DNA of 64,000 bases from an uncultured Bacteroidales bacterium (lineage in GTDB: Bacteria > Bacteroidota > Bacteroidia > Bacteroidales > UBA932), in NCBI GenBank assembly GCA_900546445.1, contig URCV01000001.1, positions 11,445 through 75,444 on the forward strand, in the 5' to 3' direction. The notes below the pieces were generated by a model. It worked only from the letters and a program-made list of their open reading frames with translations. It did no database searches and was not told the DNA's origin. A program made the translations under genes and the position numbers. Below are positions 1 to 12,900 of the stretch, piece after piece. How positions within the stretch are numbered: the stretch's first letter is position 1; every line of letters begins with the position of its first letter.

Positions 1-714
1 AAGACTCCGGTTACGGGCATAGTGCACGCCATAGTGCTGCTGCTCATCTACTTGCTGCTTATGCCTTATGCGGTCTACATCCCGCTTTCGACACTTGCCG
101 CCATACTCGTGATGGTAGCCTATAATATGAGTGAATGGAGGAGCTTCAAATACCTGCTTCGCGGTGACAAATCGGACGTGGCAGTGCTCCTGCTCACCTT
201 CCTGCTCACCGTAATCGTAGACCTTACGGTGGCCATAGAAATAGGCCTTCTTCTCTCTATAGTGCTATTCGTAAGACGCGTAATGAAAACATCTTACATA
301 AGCCGAAGCGAATCCGACAAGGTCGCTGCCAGCGAGAACGAGGAAAGCCTCTCGCCGGACGACACTCCTATGCTTGACATCCCTAAGGGAGTGGCAGTAT
401 ACGAAATCAGCGGACCTTTCTTTTTCGGACTGGCCAATCGTTTCGAGGAGTTCGAGCAGAGAAGCGGCGAACGCACCCAGGTTAGAATCATACGAATGAG
501 GAAAGTGCCTTTCATAGACTCGACAGGCGTAAACAACCTGAAGAACCTGATAGAGCGCAACCAGAAGAGAGGCATAAAGATTATCCTCTCGGGAGTGAAC
601 CCTACGGTTCAGGGCACGCTTCACAAATTCGGGCTGGACAAGACACTGTCGGACGGCTGCATACAGCCGCATATCATTCCGGCACTTGCGAAGGCGAAAG
701 AGCTCTTACATTAG
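1..714 (+). CDS. SulP-family anion transporter, C-terminal part with STAS domain (5' end lies outside the window)
   Basis: Open frame runs from position 1. A hydrophobic TM stretch is followed by a STAS-like soluble domain. Confidence 0.55.
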   Translation, partial: KTPVTGIVHAIVLLLIYLLLMPYAVYIPLSTLAAILVMVAYNMSEWRSFKYLLRGDKSDVAVLLLTFLLTVIVDLTVAIEIGLLLSIVLFVRRVMKTSYISRSESDKVAASENEESLSPDDTPMLDIPKGVAVYEISGPFFFGLANRFEEFEQRSGERTQVRIIRMRKVPFIDSTGVNNLKNLIERNQKRGIKIILSGVNPTVQGTLHKFGLDKTLSDGCIQPHIIPALAKAKELLH

Positions 715-1539
715 ACTCTGAAGTACGGATTCGGCCTTCACCTTATCGATAATGGCGCAAACGACCTTATAGGCGTCGCCATCGACAGTATAATCGGCAG
801 GAACGGCGAACTTTACTCGCCCCTGCCTTTTTAGTTTACGCGCGAGAGCGTGCTTCTTCTCGTCGCCCTGCTTATAGACGGCGATGGAATTACCTCCGAA
901 CATACTGACTATCTTCATACAAGGGACATCCGTCTCTCCGTCGCCGAAATAGATCATATTAGGGAAAGGCACGCGCTTCTTCTCCTCGGCCATAGAAGAA
1001 TTGAGACGAACGCTGTCGCGAGCGCTGAAGATACCTTTGTTTATCTTAAAGAGGAACTGAGTCTTATTAGTGGAATCCACCGCGATTCCGGGCCACACCG
1101 CCTCTCCGTTTTCGTCGTATATGAAACTGCCGGCGAACACATAACGGAACTCCTTGGCGATGGTGGTACCCTCGACTATTTCCTTAAGTCCACTGGAATT
1201 GATGTAGTGCTCCACCATTATGCCGCGAGACTTCCCGTAGTCGTTCACGAGCTTGAACCACTGCTCGACGCCGGGGAAAAACTCCACGGACTTTCCGAAA
1301 GTCTTGAAATCCTTCTGGCGAAGGTGTATCCCCTTCACCTTAGCCTCGTCGTACATAAGCTTCATATAGGACAGCACGTTTGACGCATCCTGTCCTACAG
1401 CTATCTGATTGCTCATAGACCAGAATTCCTGAGGGGTCGAGCCCACGGCTTGAATGAATCCGAACTCTTGCATATTACCCGGAGCGAGAGTTCCGTCGAA
1501 ATCATAAATAAGTGCTACTATCGGTTTTTTCATACCCAA
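706..1539 (-). CDS. HAD-superfamily hydrolase
   Basis: N-terminal DxDGTL-type motif (IYDFDGTLA) and C-terminal GDGxxD (FGDGETDV). About 270 aa. Confidence 0.6.
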   Translation of the reverse strand: MGMKKPIVALIYDFDGTLAPGNMQEFGFIQAVGSTPQEFWSMSNQIAVGQDASNVLSYMKLMYDEAKVKGIHLRQKDFKTFGKSVEFFPGVEQWFKLVNDYGKSRGIMVEHYINSSGLKEIVEGTTIAKEFRYVFAGSFIYDENGEAVWPGIAVDSTNKTQFLFKINKGIFSARDSVRLNSSMAEEKKRVPFPNMIYFGDGETDVPCMKIVSMFGGNSIAVYKQGDEKKHALARKLKRQGRVKFAVPADYTVDGDAYKVVCAIIDKVKAESVLQSLM

Positions 1540-1700
1540 AAGTATAATAATTCGTCAAAAATCGTCTTTACATAGGGCCCTTTTCGCCACCAAATAACGA
1601 CTTTCACCACAAAGATGAGTATTTTTCGCCACATTATAAAGAGAATGCGGCTTTTTAAGGGAGTCAAAGTTTATCTTTGTGCAACAAATTTTTCGAAATT

Positions 1701-3350
1701 ATGCACAATTATCTAAATGATTTACACAGCACGATAAAGAACAACTGGGACAAACCTGCCCTTTGTTTCTTTCAGGGCGAAACCATAACATTTGAAGGAT
1801 TGGCCCGACACATCGCGAAATTCCAAATTTTTTTCGACGAGCTCGGAGTCAAGAGAGGCGACAAAATCGCACTCTGCGCCAAAAACTCTAACAGATGGGC
1901 CGTTTCATTCCTGGCAGGAACCACCTACGGAGCCGTAGTAGTTCCTATTCTCTCCGACTTCCTTCCGGACAGCGTTAATTCTCTGGTAGACCACTCGGAC
2001 AGCGAAATTCTCTTTACCGACAAGGAAATCTGGAACAAACTGGACATCACCAAGATGCCTAAAGTGAAGATAGTCATAAATCCGGACGATTTCGAACTTC
2101 TCTACTACTCAGAACAAAACTTCAAGACTATATATGACGACTTAGACAAGAGCTTCGCATCCAAATATCCTAATGGCTTCGGTAAGGAAGATTTGGAGTT
2201 CAGGGTTGACGACAGTGACCTAAACGACCTTGCGGTCATCAACTACACCTCCGGCACTACCAGTGCACCTAAGGGAGTTATGCTGTCTTACAAGAACATA
2301 AGCGCATCCATCGAGTACGCTATCAGTCACGTTCACTGTACGGCAGGCGAGACCATCGTGTCTATGCTTCCTATGGCTCACATCTACGGACTGGTGTTCG
2401 AATTCCTATATCCTCTTACCTGTGGAGTTTGCATCTACTATCTGGGCAAGTCTCCGGCACCGTCACTTCTTTTGAAAGCGATGAAGACAGTGAAGCCATA
2501 CGTGGTCATCACAGTGCCGCTTGTTATGGAAAAGATCTACAAATCTTCCCTCAAGCCGGCGCTCAGCAAACCGGCAGTTAAGGTCTTGTCTCACATACCT
2601 GGCCTTAACCAAATCATATTCAAGAAAGTTCGTGGCGCATTGGCAGTCGCGTTCGGAGGAAACGTCCGTCACTTCATTATGGGTGGCGCAGCGCTCAATC
2701 CGGAGGTCGAGAACTGCTTCCACAAGATCGGTCTGAATTATACCATAGGTTACGGTATGACGGAGGCTGCTCCTCTCATCGCATACGAAGACTGGAGAAA
2801 GTTCGCCAAGGGCTCTTGCGGTAAGAAAGTGGACTGCGCAGAGGTTAGAATCGATTCAGATGACCCACAGAGAATCGCAGGCGAAATCCAGACTAAGGGT
2901 GACAATATCTGTATGGGATATTATAAGAACCCTGAGGCTACCGAGGCTGCATTCACTGAAGACGGATTCCTTAAGACGGGCGATCTCGGCGTAATCGACA
3001 AAGAAGGTAACATCTACATCAAAGGTCGCTCTAAGAATATGATTCTCAGCGCTTCAGGCCAGAATATCTATCCGGAGGAAGTGGAAGCAGTGGTTAACTC
3101 ACAGCCTTTCGTAACCGAATCGGTAGTAGTGGACAGGGCATCGAAGCTCGTGGCTCTCGTCTATCTCGATCAAGATGCCATCAAGAAGGCCGGGCTCGAC
3201 GAAGAAGCCATCTCGGACATTCCTGAGAACATAAGGATAAGCGCTAACAAGTCACTTCCTAACTACAGTAAGATTACTAAAGTGGAAATCGTACTTGAAC
3301 CATTCGCCAAGACTCCTAAGATGAGCATCAAGCGATTCCTTTACAAATAA
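1701..3350 (+). CDS. AMP-dependent acyl-CoA synthetase/ligase (long-chain fatty-acid CoA ligase-like)
   Basis: AMP-binding signature YTSGTTSAPKGV and GYGMTE motif. Start chosen at the ATG at 1701. Confidence 0.8.
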   Translation: MHNYLNDLHSTIKNNWDKPALCFFQGETITFEGLARHIAKFQIFFDELGVKRGDKIALCAKNSNRWAVSFLAGTTYGAVVVPILSDFLPDSVNSLVDHSDSEILFTDKEIWNKLDITKMPKVKIVINPDDFELLYYSEQNFKTIYDDLDKSFASKYPNGFGKEDLEFRVDDSDLNDLAVINYTSGTTSAPKGVMLSYKNISASIEYAISHVHCTAGETIVSMLPMAHIYGLVFEFLYPLTCGVCIYYLGKSPAPSLLLKAMKTVKPYVVITVPLVMEKIYKSSLKPALSKPAVKVLSHIPGLNQIIFKKVRGALAVAFGGNVRHFIMGGAALNPEVENCFHKIGLNYTIGYGMTEAAPLIAYEDWRKFAKGSCGKKVDCAEVRIDSDDPQRIAGEIQTKGDNICMGYYKNPEATEAAFTEDGFLKTGDLGVIDKEGNIYIKGRSKNMILSASGQNIYPEEVEAVVNSQPFVTESVVVDRASKLVALVYLDQDAIKKAGLDEEAISDIPENIRISANKSLPNYSKITKVEIVLEPFAKTPKMSIKRFLYK

Positions 3351-3421
3351 TAGAATTGACATTTTGTCAGTGGAATGGAAATTGCGTTTTCTCTAGGCAG
3401 AAAACGCAATTTTTATATATT

Positions 3422-5227
3422 ATGAAAGGACAAATAGGTGTAACAACCGAGAATATTTTTCCGGTTATCAAACAATTTCTTTATAGCGACCACGAGATAT
3501 TTCTTCGTGAGATTGTAGCTAACGCAGTCGACGCCACCAGCAAGATCAAGGCATTGGCATCGACCGGTGAATACAAAGGCGAACTAGGCGAGCTGAAGGT
3601 CACCGTCGAACTCGACGAAAGCGCCAAAACGCTGAAGATTACCGATAGAGGTATAGGTATGACTGCCGAAGAGGTAGACAAGTACATTAACCAGATAGCC
3701 TTCTCATCGGCCGGAGAGTTTCTGGAGAAGTACAAGGACCAGGCTAGCGGTATAATTGGCCATTTCGGTCTGGGATTCTATTCTGCGTTTATGGTAAGCA
3801 CGAAGGTTACCATAGAGTCGCTCAGCTATCGTGAAGGTGCGAAACCGGTGTTCTGGTCTTGCGACGGCTCTCCGGAGTTCGAGATGGGCGAATGCAAGAA
3901 GGAAGACAGAGGTACGGTAATCACTCTTTATCTGGACAGCGACTCCGACGAGTTCGCCCATAAGGAAAGAATCTCTGCCCTGCTTAACAAATACTGCAAA
4001 TTTATGCCGTTCCCTATCGAATTCGACGGAAAGGTCATAAATTCAGTGGAGCCTATCTGGACTAAAGCTCCTTCAGAGCTGAAAGAAGAAGATTACATCA
4101 ATTTCTACCACGCCCTCTACCCTATGGAGGAAGATCCGATGTTCTACATTCACCTTAATGTAGACTATCCGTTCACACTTACCGGTGTGCTCTACTTCCC
4201 TAAGATTAAGGAGAGAATGGCGATAGACAAGAACAAGATACAGCTTTACTGCAATCAGATGTTCGTCACGGACCACGTGGACAACATAGTTCCCGACTTC
4301 CTGACACTTCTTCACGGTGTCATCGACTCTCCGGACATTCCGCTGAATGTCAGCCGTTCATACCTGCAGTCCGATTCCAATGTCAAGAAGATAAGCACTT
4401 ACATCACGAAGAAGGTATCCGACAGACTTGAGGAAATCTTCAAGGAGCAGCGCGAGACATACGAGCAGAAATGGGACAACATCAAGCTATTCATAGAGTA
4501 TGGTATGCTTTCCGACGAGAAGTTCTGCGAGCGCGCTATGGAATTCGCCCTTCTTAAGGACACCGAAGGCAAGTACTACAGCATCGAAGAGTACCGTAAA
4601 TCCATAGAGGAGAGCCAGAAAGACAAAGACGGCAAACTCGTATTCCTCTACGCCACCAATCCGGAAGATCAATACACCTCCATCAAGGCGGCTAAGGATT
4701 TGGGATACAACGTACTCCTTATGGACTGCGAGCTCGATGCACACTTCGTAGGATTGCTGGAGCAGAAGATAGAAAACAGCCGCTTCGCCCGCGTGGATTC
4801 TGACGCTGCCGCTAACCTGATTCCTAAACAGGACGAGGTGAAGCCGGAGATGAGCGACGACGACAAGAAGGCCCTCAGCGAGCTTTTCAAGGCCGCCCTG
4901 CCTACCGGAACCGAGTGGGAAATCGAACCTGCCAATCTAGGCGAAAACGCCGAGCCGGTGCTCATCACCCAGAACGAGTTTATGCGCAGATGGCGTGAAA
5001 TGTCCTCCATCGGAGGCGGTATGAACTTCTACGGCTCTTTGCCTGAGTCATATACCGTTAAGGTAAATATGGAGAACCCTGTGATCGGCAAGATCTGGGC
5101 GGACAAGGAGAATACCGGAGACACACTCCATCAGGTAGTGGATTTGGCCCTGCTTTCAAAGGGACTCCTTAAGGGGAAGGATTTGGCAGAGTTCATCGCC
5201 AGAAGCGAAGAATTGCTTAAGAATTAG
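3422..5227 (+). CDS. htpG: Molecular chaperone HtpG (Hsp90)
   Basis: GHKL ATPase N-terminus (ELISNASDA-like: [10 protein letters not shown]) with long middle and C-terminal domains, about 600 aa. Start taken at the internal ATG (MKGQIG). Confidence 0.85.
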   Translation: MKGQIGVTTENIFPVIKQFLYSDHEIFLREIVANAVDATSKIKALASTGEYKGELGELKVTVELDESAKTLKITDRGIGMTAEEVDKYINQIAFSSAGEFLEKYKDQASGIIGHFGLGFYSAFMVSTKVTIESLSYREGAKPVFWSCDGSPEFEMGECKKEDRGTVITLYLDSDSDEFAHKERISALLNKYCKFMPFPIEFDGKVINSVEPIWTKAPSELKEEDYINFYHALYPMEEDPMFYIHLNVDYPFTLTGVLYFPKIKERMAIDKNKIQLYCNQMFVTDHVDNIVPDFLTLLHGVIDSPDIPLNVSRSYLQSDSNVKKISTYITKKVSDRLEEIFKEQRETYEQKWDNIKLFIEYGMLSDEKFCERAMEFALLKDTEGKYYSIEEYRKSIEESQKDKDGKLVFLYATNPEDQYTSIKAAKDLGYNVLLMDCELDAHFVGLLEQKIENSRFARVDSDAAANLIPKQDEVKPEMSDDDKKALSELFKAALPTGTEWEIEPANLGENAEPVLITQNEFMRRWREMSSIGGGMNFYGSLPESYTVKVNMENPVIGKIWADKENTGDTLHQVVDLALLSKGLLKGKDLAEFIARSEELLKN

Positions 5228-7353
5228 TCTTTCCAGACTTTTAGATATTGCTGTAAGGCCCACATTTCGTCACGGAAATGTGCGGCCTTATTAAATTCCA
5301 ACTCGGAGGCGGCTCGGTGCATCTGCGCCTTGTCGTCTTCGATTAGCTTTTCTACCTGACTGCGGGACATACTCCTAATGACAGGGTCTTGCAGGACGGC
5401 TGCCAAGTCGGCCCTGATGTGCCCGTCTTCGAAGGCATCGCCGGGGAGCCTGAGCGAATCGTGGCCAAGTCCCACGCTGACAGAGCCCTTGCCCAAATCG
5501 GAAGGATTGGGGATATAGCGCGGATCGTCGTAAGAATTGGCCGCACTCACCCTGCCGCTAAGCTGAGTGGCCAAGATGTTATGCTTCACCTCCACGCCCT
5601 TAGGGGTAATGTGATTGAGTTCGTTGTATTCGATCTGCTTTTGGCGTCGACGATTAGTCTCGCGAATGGTGGCAGCCATGGAATCGGTGATCTTGTCGGC
5701 ATACATTATGACCAATCCGTGCACGTTTCTGGCGGCACGGCCTGCCGTCTGGGTCAGGGCACGAGTCGTCCTCAGGAAGCCCTCCTTATCGGCATCGAGA
5801 ATGGCTACGAGCGACACTGACGGAATGTCCAATCCCTCACGCAGCAGGTTCACGCCTATTAACACGTCGAAAAGTCCGTTCTTGAAGTTCTCTATAATCT
5901 CCACACGCTCGGCGGTGTCCACGTCGGAGTGGATATATGCGCAGCGCACCCCGATGTTTCGCAGATACTTATCCAACTCCTCGGCCATACGCTTGGTAAG
6001 AGTGGTTACCAATGTCCTCTCCTCCACCTCGGTGCGTTTCTTGATTTCCTCCACCAAGTCATCGACCTGATTCTCGATGGGACGCACTTCTATAGGCGGG
6101 TCCAGAAGTCCTGTCGGCCTTACCACCTGCTCCACCACCAGTCCCTCGCTCTTTTCGAGCTCATAATCGGCAGGAGTCGCACTGACATAGACGCATTGGC
6201 CCGTAATATCTTCGAACTCCTCAAAGGTCAGAGGACGGTTATCGGAAGCAGCAGGAAGCCGGAATCCGTACTCCACCAGCGTCTGCTTGCGGCTGCGGTC
6301 TCCACCGAACATCGCGTGCACCTGAGGGATGGTCACGTGAGACTCGTCTATGAAGGTTATGAAATCCTTAGGGAAATAGTCCAGAAGGCAGAAAGGTCGC
6401 TGGCCCGGTTTTCTTCCGTCGAAATAACGGCTGTAGTTTTCGATGCCAGGACAGTAACCCAGTTCCTTTATCATCTCGAGATCGTTCTCGACACGCTGCT
6501 CTATACGCTTGGCCTCGAGCGGTTTGCCCATTTCCTCGAAGTAGTTTATCTGCTGATATAGGTCGTCTTGAATGGCACTCACGGCCGCGATGCTCCTCTC
6601 TTTCGTGGTCACGAAATTACCTGCCGGGTAGATGTCGACTTCGCCGAGTTCCTCTATGGTGGCTCCGCTCGCAGGCTCTATGGATAAGATTCTATCCACT
6701 TCGTCGCCGAAAAACTCTATTCTCACGGCGCGGTCGGCTCCACCCGGAAAAATATCCACGCTATCTCCCTTAGTCCTGAAACTTCCTCGGGTAAAATCCC
6801 CTTCCGTTCGCGCATAAAGCGCATCCACTAGCTTGTAGAGCAGAGAAGTCTGACTACGCCGCTCTCCCCTTACCACGTGAACCGTCTGGGCGTGAAAGTC
6901 TTCAGGATTTCCTATACCATAAAGGCAACTCACGGAAGAGATGACTATCACGTCGCGCCGTCCGCTAAGGAGGGCACTTGCGGCACTCAAGCGAAGCTTT
7001 TCTATCTGGTCGTTAATGGAGAGGTCCTTTTCGATGTAGGTATCAGTCGTAGGCAGATAAGCCTCCGGCTGATAATAATCGTAGTAGGACACGAAATACT
7101 CGACGGCATTGGCCGGAAAGAAGGACTTGAATTCTCCGTAGAGCTGTGCGGCCAGCGTCTTGTTGTGGCTTAGAATCAGGGTAGGACGCTGGAGATTCCG
7201 GATGACATTGGCCATAGTGAAGGTCTTGCCGGAACCGGTCACGCCGAGCAAGGTAACGTCGCTCACGCCGCTTTTCAGGGCTGAGGTAAGTTGCTCTATC
7301 GCCTTAGGCTGATCGCCCGACGGCGTATAGTCCGATTCCAGCTTGAATTTCAT
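5224..7353 (-). CDS. uvrB: Excinuclease ABC subunit B
   Basis: Walker A GVTGSGKT, helicase motifs, and a C-terminal UvrB/UvrC interaction motif. Confidence 0.9.
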   Translation of the reverse strand: MKFKLESDYTPSGDQPKAIEQLTSALKSGVSDVTLLGVTGSGKTFTMANVIRNLQRPTLILSHNKTLAAQLYGEFKSFFPANAVEYFVSYYDYYQPEAYLPTTDTYIEKDLSINDQIEKLRLSAASALLSGRRDVIVISSVSCLYGIGNPEDFHAQTVHVVRGERRSQTSLLYKLVDALYARTEGDFTRGSFRTKGDSVDIFPGGADRAVRIEFFGDEVDRILSIEPASGATIEELGEVDIYPAGNFVTTKERSIAAVSAIQDDLYQQINYFEEMGKPLEAKRIEQRVENDLEMIKELGYCPGIENYSRYFDGRKPGQRPFCLLDYFPKDFITFIDESHVTIPQVHAMFGGDRSRKQTLVEYGFRLPAASDNRPLTFEEFEDITGQCVYVSATPADYELEKSEGLVVEQVVRPTGLLDPPIEVRPIENQVDDLVEEIKKRTEVEERTLVTTLTKRMAEELDKYLRNIGVRCAYIHSDVDTAERVEIIENFKNGLFDVLIGVNLLREGLDIPSVSLVAILDADKEGFLRTTRALTQTAGRAARNVHGLVIMYADKITDSMAATIRETNRRRQKQIEYNELNHITPKGVEVKHNILATQLSGRVSAANSYDDPRYIPNPSDLGKGSVSVGLGHDSLRLPGDAFEDGHIRADLAAVLQDPVIRSMSRSQVEKLIEDDKAQMHRAASELEFNKAAHFRDEMWALQQYLKVWKD

Positions 7354-7367
7354 TCCGATAAAAAAAG

Positions 7368-7775
7368 CTATTTATTTACGGCACTGTCTATGGATTTACC
7401 ATAAACCACATACCTCTGGAAAAGAAATTCCGTTACAAAATTTAGGAGCATGTTCAAGACAGTGGCAAAATACTCATTCCACCACAGAGTATCGGTAAAA
7501 AGATGCTCCAGATATGTGCTCAGAGGCGTAAAGGCGCAATAATACAGGAATACCAGAAACATGGACAGACGAACATTGTTGCCGGACTTGAAGGTAAACT
7601 TCCTGTTCAAGGTAAAATTCCATAATACGGACAATACCAGAGCACAGAGGTAAGACAGCCAGTAAGACCATCTCCCCAATTCATTAAATAGTGCGAAAGA
7701 GCCTATTTGAATGACTCCCGCACTAATTGAAAAAGCCACAAATTTAAAAAAGCGGATTACTTCTTTAACTTGCAT
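7368..7775 (-). CDS. GtrA-family membrane protein
   Basis: 135 aa with 4 predicted TM helices, typical of GtrA-like proteins. Confidence 0.55.
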   Translation of the reverse strand: MQVKEVIRFFKFVAFSISAGVIQIGSFALFNELGRWSYWLSYLCALVLSVLWNFTLNRKFTFKSGNNVRLSMFLVFLYYCAFTPLSTYLEHLFTDTLWWNEYFATVLNMLLNFVTEFLFQRYVVYGKSIDSAVNK

Positions 7776-8965
7776 ACTCTAAACATTACCACATCGTGGG
7801 AGGCTATATTAAGTCTGACTGACTTTTTAGTCTTGATGTCCTTAGCCTTCTTATCCCAGATGTTATGGGCCTTGCAGCCTGTAGGATCGAAAGTCCTGCC
7901 GCTAAGTTCATCATAGTACTTCAAAGAATTCCAGTCAAGAATAACTGCAGCATCTTCCACACCACGATTTAACAATAACACGGCCCAGTCTCCGTTTGCC
8001 AGCGGCTTGAGCCAATACTCTATGTTATTTTCACTCTTAAGTCTCAATCCCTGAACTCCGAGAGGATCCTGGTCTATAGCTATAGCCTCCTTGTTAATGA
8101 CTATCTCCAAAACCTCCTCTGGCATATTAACGACGTCATTTCCCAGGATAAGCGGAGCCGCCATCATACACCAGAGAGAAAAATGAGCCCTGTTCTCGGC
8201 CAGTGTAAGGCTTCCGTTTCCCACCTGAAGCATATCCGGATCATTCCAGTGTCCAGGACTCGCATAAGCTCTAAGGGATTCATTCTTATCCACTATATCC
8301 ATAATAGGGATTCCGTGCCACTGATCCAGGAACTGCTCCGGAATAGTGTCGAAATAAGGCCAGATATCACCGGTAGTTCTCCAGGACTGAGCGAACTCCG
8401 ACACCCACTCCCAAGGATTGGAATGCCCCCAATCACAGACGCTCAGGAAAATCTCCCTGCCGGTGGATTGTAGAGCATCGTAAATAAGCCTGTAGGCTCC
8501 CTTTGGATTGATATTCTCAGTATAGCACCAGTCGTACTTCAGATAATCCACTCCCCATTTGGCATAAGTATAGGCATCCTGATACTCGTGACCATAACTG
8601 CCTGCATAACAGGCGCAGGTCTGCCTTCCGGCATCGCTGTAAATACCCAATTTCATACCCTTGGCGTGCAGATAATCGGCCATAGCCTTCATTCCGGAAG
8701 GAAACTTGTTCGGGTCTTCGTGAATAAAACCCTGCTCATCCCTCTGTCCATGCCAGCCGTCATCTATGTTCAGATATACATAGCCGGCATCTACAAGACC
8801 GAGTTCCACCATCTTGTCGGCGGTGTCCATGAGCAATTTCTCGTCTATCTTCGTCTGGAACTTATTCCAAGTGCTCCAGCCCATCTGAGGGGTCTGAGCG
8901 AGTTGGGCAGAAGCTGCCCCAGCACCCAAAAACAGGGTAGCTGCTACCAGTGCAAATCTTTTCAT
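7757..8965 (-). CDS. GH27 alpha-galactosidase/alpha-N-acetylgalactosaminidase, secreted
   Basis: Signal peptide, the DDGW motif, and YLKYDWC containing the nucleophile Asp, both typical of GH27. Confidence 0.8.
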   Translation of the reverse strand: MKRFALVAATLFLGAGAASAQLAQTPQMGWSTWNKFQTKIDEKLLMDTADKMVELGLVDAGYVYLNIDDGWHGQRDEQGFIHEDPNKFPSGMKAMADYLHAKGMKLGIYSDAGRQTCACYAGSYGHEYQDAYTYAKWGVDYLKYDWCYTENINPKGAYRLIYDALQSTGREIFLSVCDWGHSNPWEWVSEFAQSWRTTGDIWPYFDTIPEQFLDQWHGIPIMDIVDKNESLRAYASPGHWNDPDMLQVGNGSLTLAENRAHFSLWCMMAAPLILGNDVVNMPEEVLEIVINKEAIAIDQDPLGVQGLRLKSENNIEYWLKPLANGDWAVLLLNRGVEDAAVILDWNSLKYYDELSGRTFDPTGCKAHNIWDKKAKDIKTKKSVRLNIASHDVVMFRVCKLKK

Positions 8966-8973
8966 ACCTATTA

Positions 8974-9495
8974 TTAGTTTTTGTCATTAGATGCAAAGAA
9001 TTTCCATTGGAAAAATATTAGATAGAACGCGCCACAAGTCACGCAGGCGTCGGCAAAGTTGAACACCGGCGGGAAGAATGTGGCTGAGAACATATCCACC
9101 ACCTTACCGAACATAAACGGAGCATAGTCCCAAATGAGTCCGTAGAAAAGGCAGTCGACGATGTTACCTATGGCTCCGGCCGTAATGAAGGTAAGTCCCA
9201 CGAGCACGCCCGTAGGAGCGACATTTTTCTTATTGAGCTTGTTGATCCACCAGATGAGGAATCCGGAAAGGCACACCCTGAAGAAAGACAGGATGAACTT
9301 TCCCACAGCCCCGCCGAACTTCATTCCGAAAGCCATACCCTCGTTTTCCACGAAGCATAGCCGGAACCAGTCGCCAAACACAGGTATAACCTCGCCAAGA
9401 CTCATATTGGTCTTGACGAGTACCTTTATCACTTGATCTACTACAACCAGCAAGACTCCGAGCATAAGGAGTCTGGCGCCTTTTGAGATCTTCAT
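8974..9495 (-). CDS. lspA: Lipoprotein signal peptidase II
   Basis: About 170-aa membrane protein with conserved LspA blocks (NxGxAFG). Confidence 0.85.
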   Translation of the reverse strand: MKISKGARLLMLGVLLVVVDQVIKVLVKTNMSLGEVIPVFGDWFRLCFVENEGMAFGMKFGGAVGKFILSFFRVCLSGFLIWWINKLNKKNVAPTGVLVGLTFITAGAIGNIVDCLFYGLIWDYAPFMFGKVVDMFSATFFPPVFNFADACVTCGAFYLIFFQWKFFASNDKN

Positions 9496-9498
9496 ATA

Positions 9499-9900
9499 TC
9501 AGTTCTTACCTTGTTTAGCCAGCATCTCCTTAGCCTCTACGGTAAGGGTAGCATGAGGAACGAGCCTGAGCCTTTCCTTAGGGATAAGCTTGCCGGTCAC
9601 ACGACATACTCCATAAGTCTTGTTCTCTATACGAACCAGAGCCGCCTCCAGGTTCTGTATGAACTTATACTGACGCTGTGCGAGCTGGCTTGCCTCTTCT
9701 TTAGATCGCTGCATAGCACCGTCATCCTCCACTGTCTTGAACGATGGAGACGTGTCATCCACATCGTTAGCTCCGCCACTTCTGGCCAATTCACGATACG
9801 TATTATACTCCGCTTTCGCCTTCGAAAGCATTTCTTCAATAATAGTCTTGAATTCAGCGAGTTCCTCGTCTGAATAGCGATTTTTCAATTCCTCTGCCAT
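9499..9900 (-). CDS. DksA/TraR-family C4 zinc-finger regulator
   Basis: Coiled-coil N-terminus and a C-terminal CxxC...C motif. The ileS/lspA neighbourhood is conserved. Confidence 0.7.
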   Translation of the reverse strand: MAEELKNRYSDEELAEFKTIIEEMLSKAKAEYNTYRELARSGGANDVDDTSPSFKTVEDDGAMQRSKEEASQLAQRQYKFIQNLEAALVRIENKTYGVCRVTGKLIPKERLRLVPHATLTVEAKEMLAKQGKN

Positions 9901-9902
9901 AA

Positions 9903-12900
9903 CTATTTACGTATTACTTTTATTTTTATAGTATCCTTATCCCATTCTACGCAAGCCGCATCTTCGCCGGCCTCGGCCAATGGTCTAAGTTCAAGATTAG
10001 AACTGAGAGTCTGCTGGCAGACATAGTCCTTATACTGCGCGAGGGCCTCTTCTATGCTCTTGAAAGCCTGTCCGTCAGCATAAATAACTGTCTGAATCCT
10101 ATCGGTTATTTCAAATCCACTATCCTTTCTCAAATTCTGTATAGGGTGTATCAATTCACGCGCATTTCCCTCACGAATGAGTTCGTCGGTCTGGACGATG
10201 TCGAGAGCTATCGTAAGAGAGCCTTCCGTAGCCACGAGCCAGCCCGGCATATCCTCGGAATTGATTTCGTAATCACCCTTGTTCAAGACTACGTCTCCAC
10301 CCGGAAGGCTGAGGGTATAAGCTCCCTCGCTGCACTCTATCTGAGCTATCTGCTCCTGACTCAAGGTCGCGAACGAAGCCGCGATTTCCTTCATCTGCTT
10401 TCCGTAGATCTTGCCCAAAGTCTTGAAATTAGGCTTGATCTTCTTAGTGATGATGCCCACGGTATCGTGCAGGAATTCCAGCTGCTTTACATTCACCTCG
10501 GTAAGGAAAATGTCCTTAACTCGCTCGATATGAGCCTTTACCTTATCGTCGATAACCGGAACCAGTACCTTCGCCAGAGGCTTACGCACATTAATTCCCA
10601 CCTTCTTTCTCAAGGCCAATACCATCGAAGACGCCTTCTGCGCGAATGCCATACTATCCTCGAGTTCGCTGTCTATCAGCGATTCGTTCACTGCCGGCAT
10701 AGGGAGATAGTGCACCGAACCTGCCTCAGGGCAGAGGTCGCGGAACAGCTGATCCATAAAGAATGGAGCGATCGGTGCGCCCAGCAGAGCCACGCTCTTA
10801 AGCGCCTCGTACAAAGTAGTGTAGGCGGCCAATTTGTCCTCGCTCATACCATTTCCCCAGAGACGCTTCTTATTAAGGCGGATGTACCAGTTACTCAAAT
10901 CGTCACACACGAAATCCTGGATGAGTCGACCTGCGAGAGTGACGTCGTAATCCTCGTAAGCAGCCTCCACCTCCTTGCACAGAGTATTGAGACGGCTCAT
11001 AATCCACTGGTCGAACATAGGACGCGCACTCACCTCGACAGTCGGCCCGCAAGGGTCGAAGTGGTCGATATTGGCATAAAGGGCGAAAACCGAATAGGAG
11101 TTATAGAGGGTTCCGAAGAACTTGCGGCGAACCTCGTCCACCCCGGCCTCATCGAACTTCAAGTTATCCCACGGCTGCGCGTTCGTGAGCATATACCAGC
11201 GAAGGGCATCGGCGCCGTAAGTATCGAGAGCCTGGAACGGATCCACGGCGTTGCCAAGTCGCTTGGACATCTTCTCACCCTTCTTATCGAGTACCAATCC
11301 ATTAGAAATCACGCGCTTGAATGCAGGAGTTCCGCTTACCATCGTGTGGATGGCGTGCAGAGTATAGAACCATCCGCGAGTCTGATCCACACCCTCTGCG
11401 ATGAAGTCGGCGGTAGAGCCGAAGTCGGCACTGTCCAGACCACGAAGACCGGTCTGCGCGTAAGGCATGGCGCCACTGTCGAACCACACGTCGATAAGGT
11501 CGCTCTCGCGCTTCATCTTGTTACCGCTTTCGCTGACGAGGAAAATTTCGTCTACATAAGGGCGGTGAAGGTCTATCTTGTCGTAATTAGCCTTAGACAT
11601 ATCTTCAGGGTCGAAACCTTTGTCGGCCAATGGGTTACTGCTCATAAAACCGGCAGCTACCGACTTTTCGATCTCTGCGTAAAGTTCCTTTACCGAGCCT
11701 ATGCACTTCTCTTCCTTACCGTCTTCGGTACGCCAAATCGGAAGCGGCGTGCCCCAATAGCGGCTTCTGGACAAGTTCCAATCCTGTATATTCTCGAGCC
11801 ACTTGCCAAATCGTCCGGTACCCGTAGCTTCCGGCTTCCAGACTATGTGCTCGTTAAGCTCCATCATCTTCTCGCGCACTGCGGTAGTCTTTATGAACCA
11901 CGAATTAAGCGGGTAGTAAAGAACCGGCTTGTCGGTTCTCCAGCAATGCGGATATGAGTGTACGTGTTTTTCTATCTTGAATGCCTTGTTCTCGCTCTTA
12001 AGCATCACGCAGATGTCGATGTCGAGCGTAGGAGCGTCCGCTGCGAGGGTGCTGTCGTAGGCGTTCTTCACATAACGGCCTGCCCACTGCGAATACTCAG
12101 GCACGTTCACGCAAGTCTTTACGTATTCAGGATCCAAGTCCTCGATGCGATAGAAACGGCCACGAGGATCTACCTGCGCCTCCATATCTCCGTTCTTGTC
12201 CACCACGTAAAGTCCCGGAACTCCGGCAGCCTTCGCCACCTTCGCATCGTCGGCACCGAAGGTAGGAGCGATGTGAACTATACCGGTAGTGCCTTCCTCG
12301 GTGGTGACATAGTCGCCAAGTATCACGCGGAAAGCGCCTTCGCCCGGATTAAACCACGGAATCAGCTGCTCGTAGCGCATACCCTCGAGTTCGCGGCCCT
12401 TAAAGGTGCCCGGCAGAATCTCATACGGGATCTTGTCGTTGAACCAGCTGTGTACCAGCGCCTGGGCCAATATATAAACGGCCGGCTTTCCGGTATATGG
12501 GTTCGTGCTCTTCACACGGACATAGTCGATGTTAGGATTCACACAAAGAGCGGTGTTACTAGGAAGGGTCCACGGAGTGGTGGTCCAAGCGAGGAAATAC
12601 TCATCTTCCTTACCCACAACCTTAAACTGCACGCAGCAAGTGGTGTCCTTCACGTCACGGTAGCATCCTGGCTGATTCAACTCGTGCGAACTCAGTCCCG
12701 TACCCGCTGCCGGACTGTAAGGCTGGATGGATTTGCCCTTATAGAGATAACCCTTACCGTAGATGTCCTTCAAAAGATACCAAAGGGTCTCAATATAACG
12801 GTTGTCATAAGTGATGTACGGGTCGTCCATATCTACCCAGTAACCGATTCTGTCGGTAAGGTTACGCCACTGAGCGGTATATTTCATAACCTCTTCGCGG

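Noticed and set aside
5389-6561. Several 140-210-aa plus-strand ORFs within uvrB
   Set aside because: Antisense to a highly conserved uvrB. No motifs, and they overlap one another in different frames.
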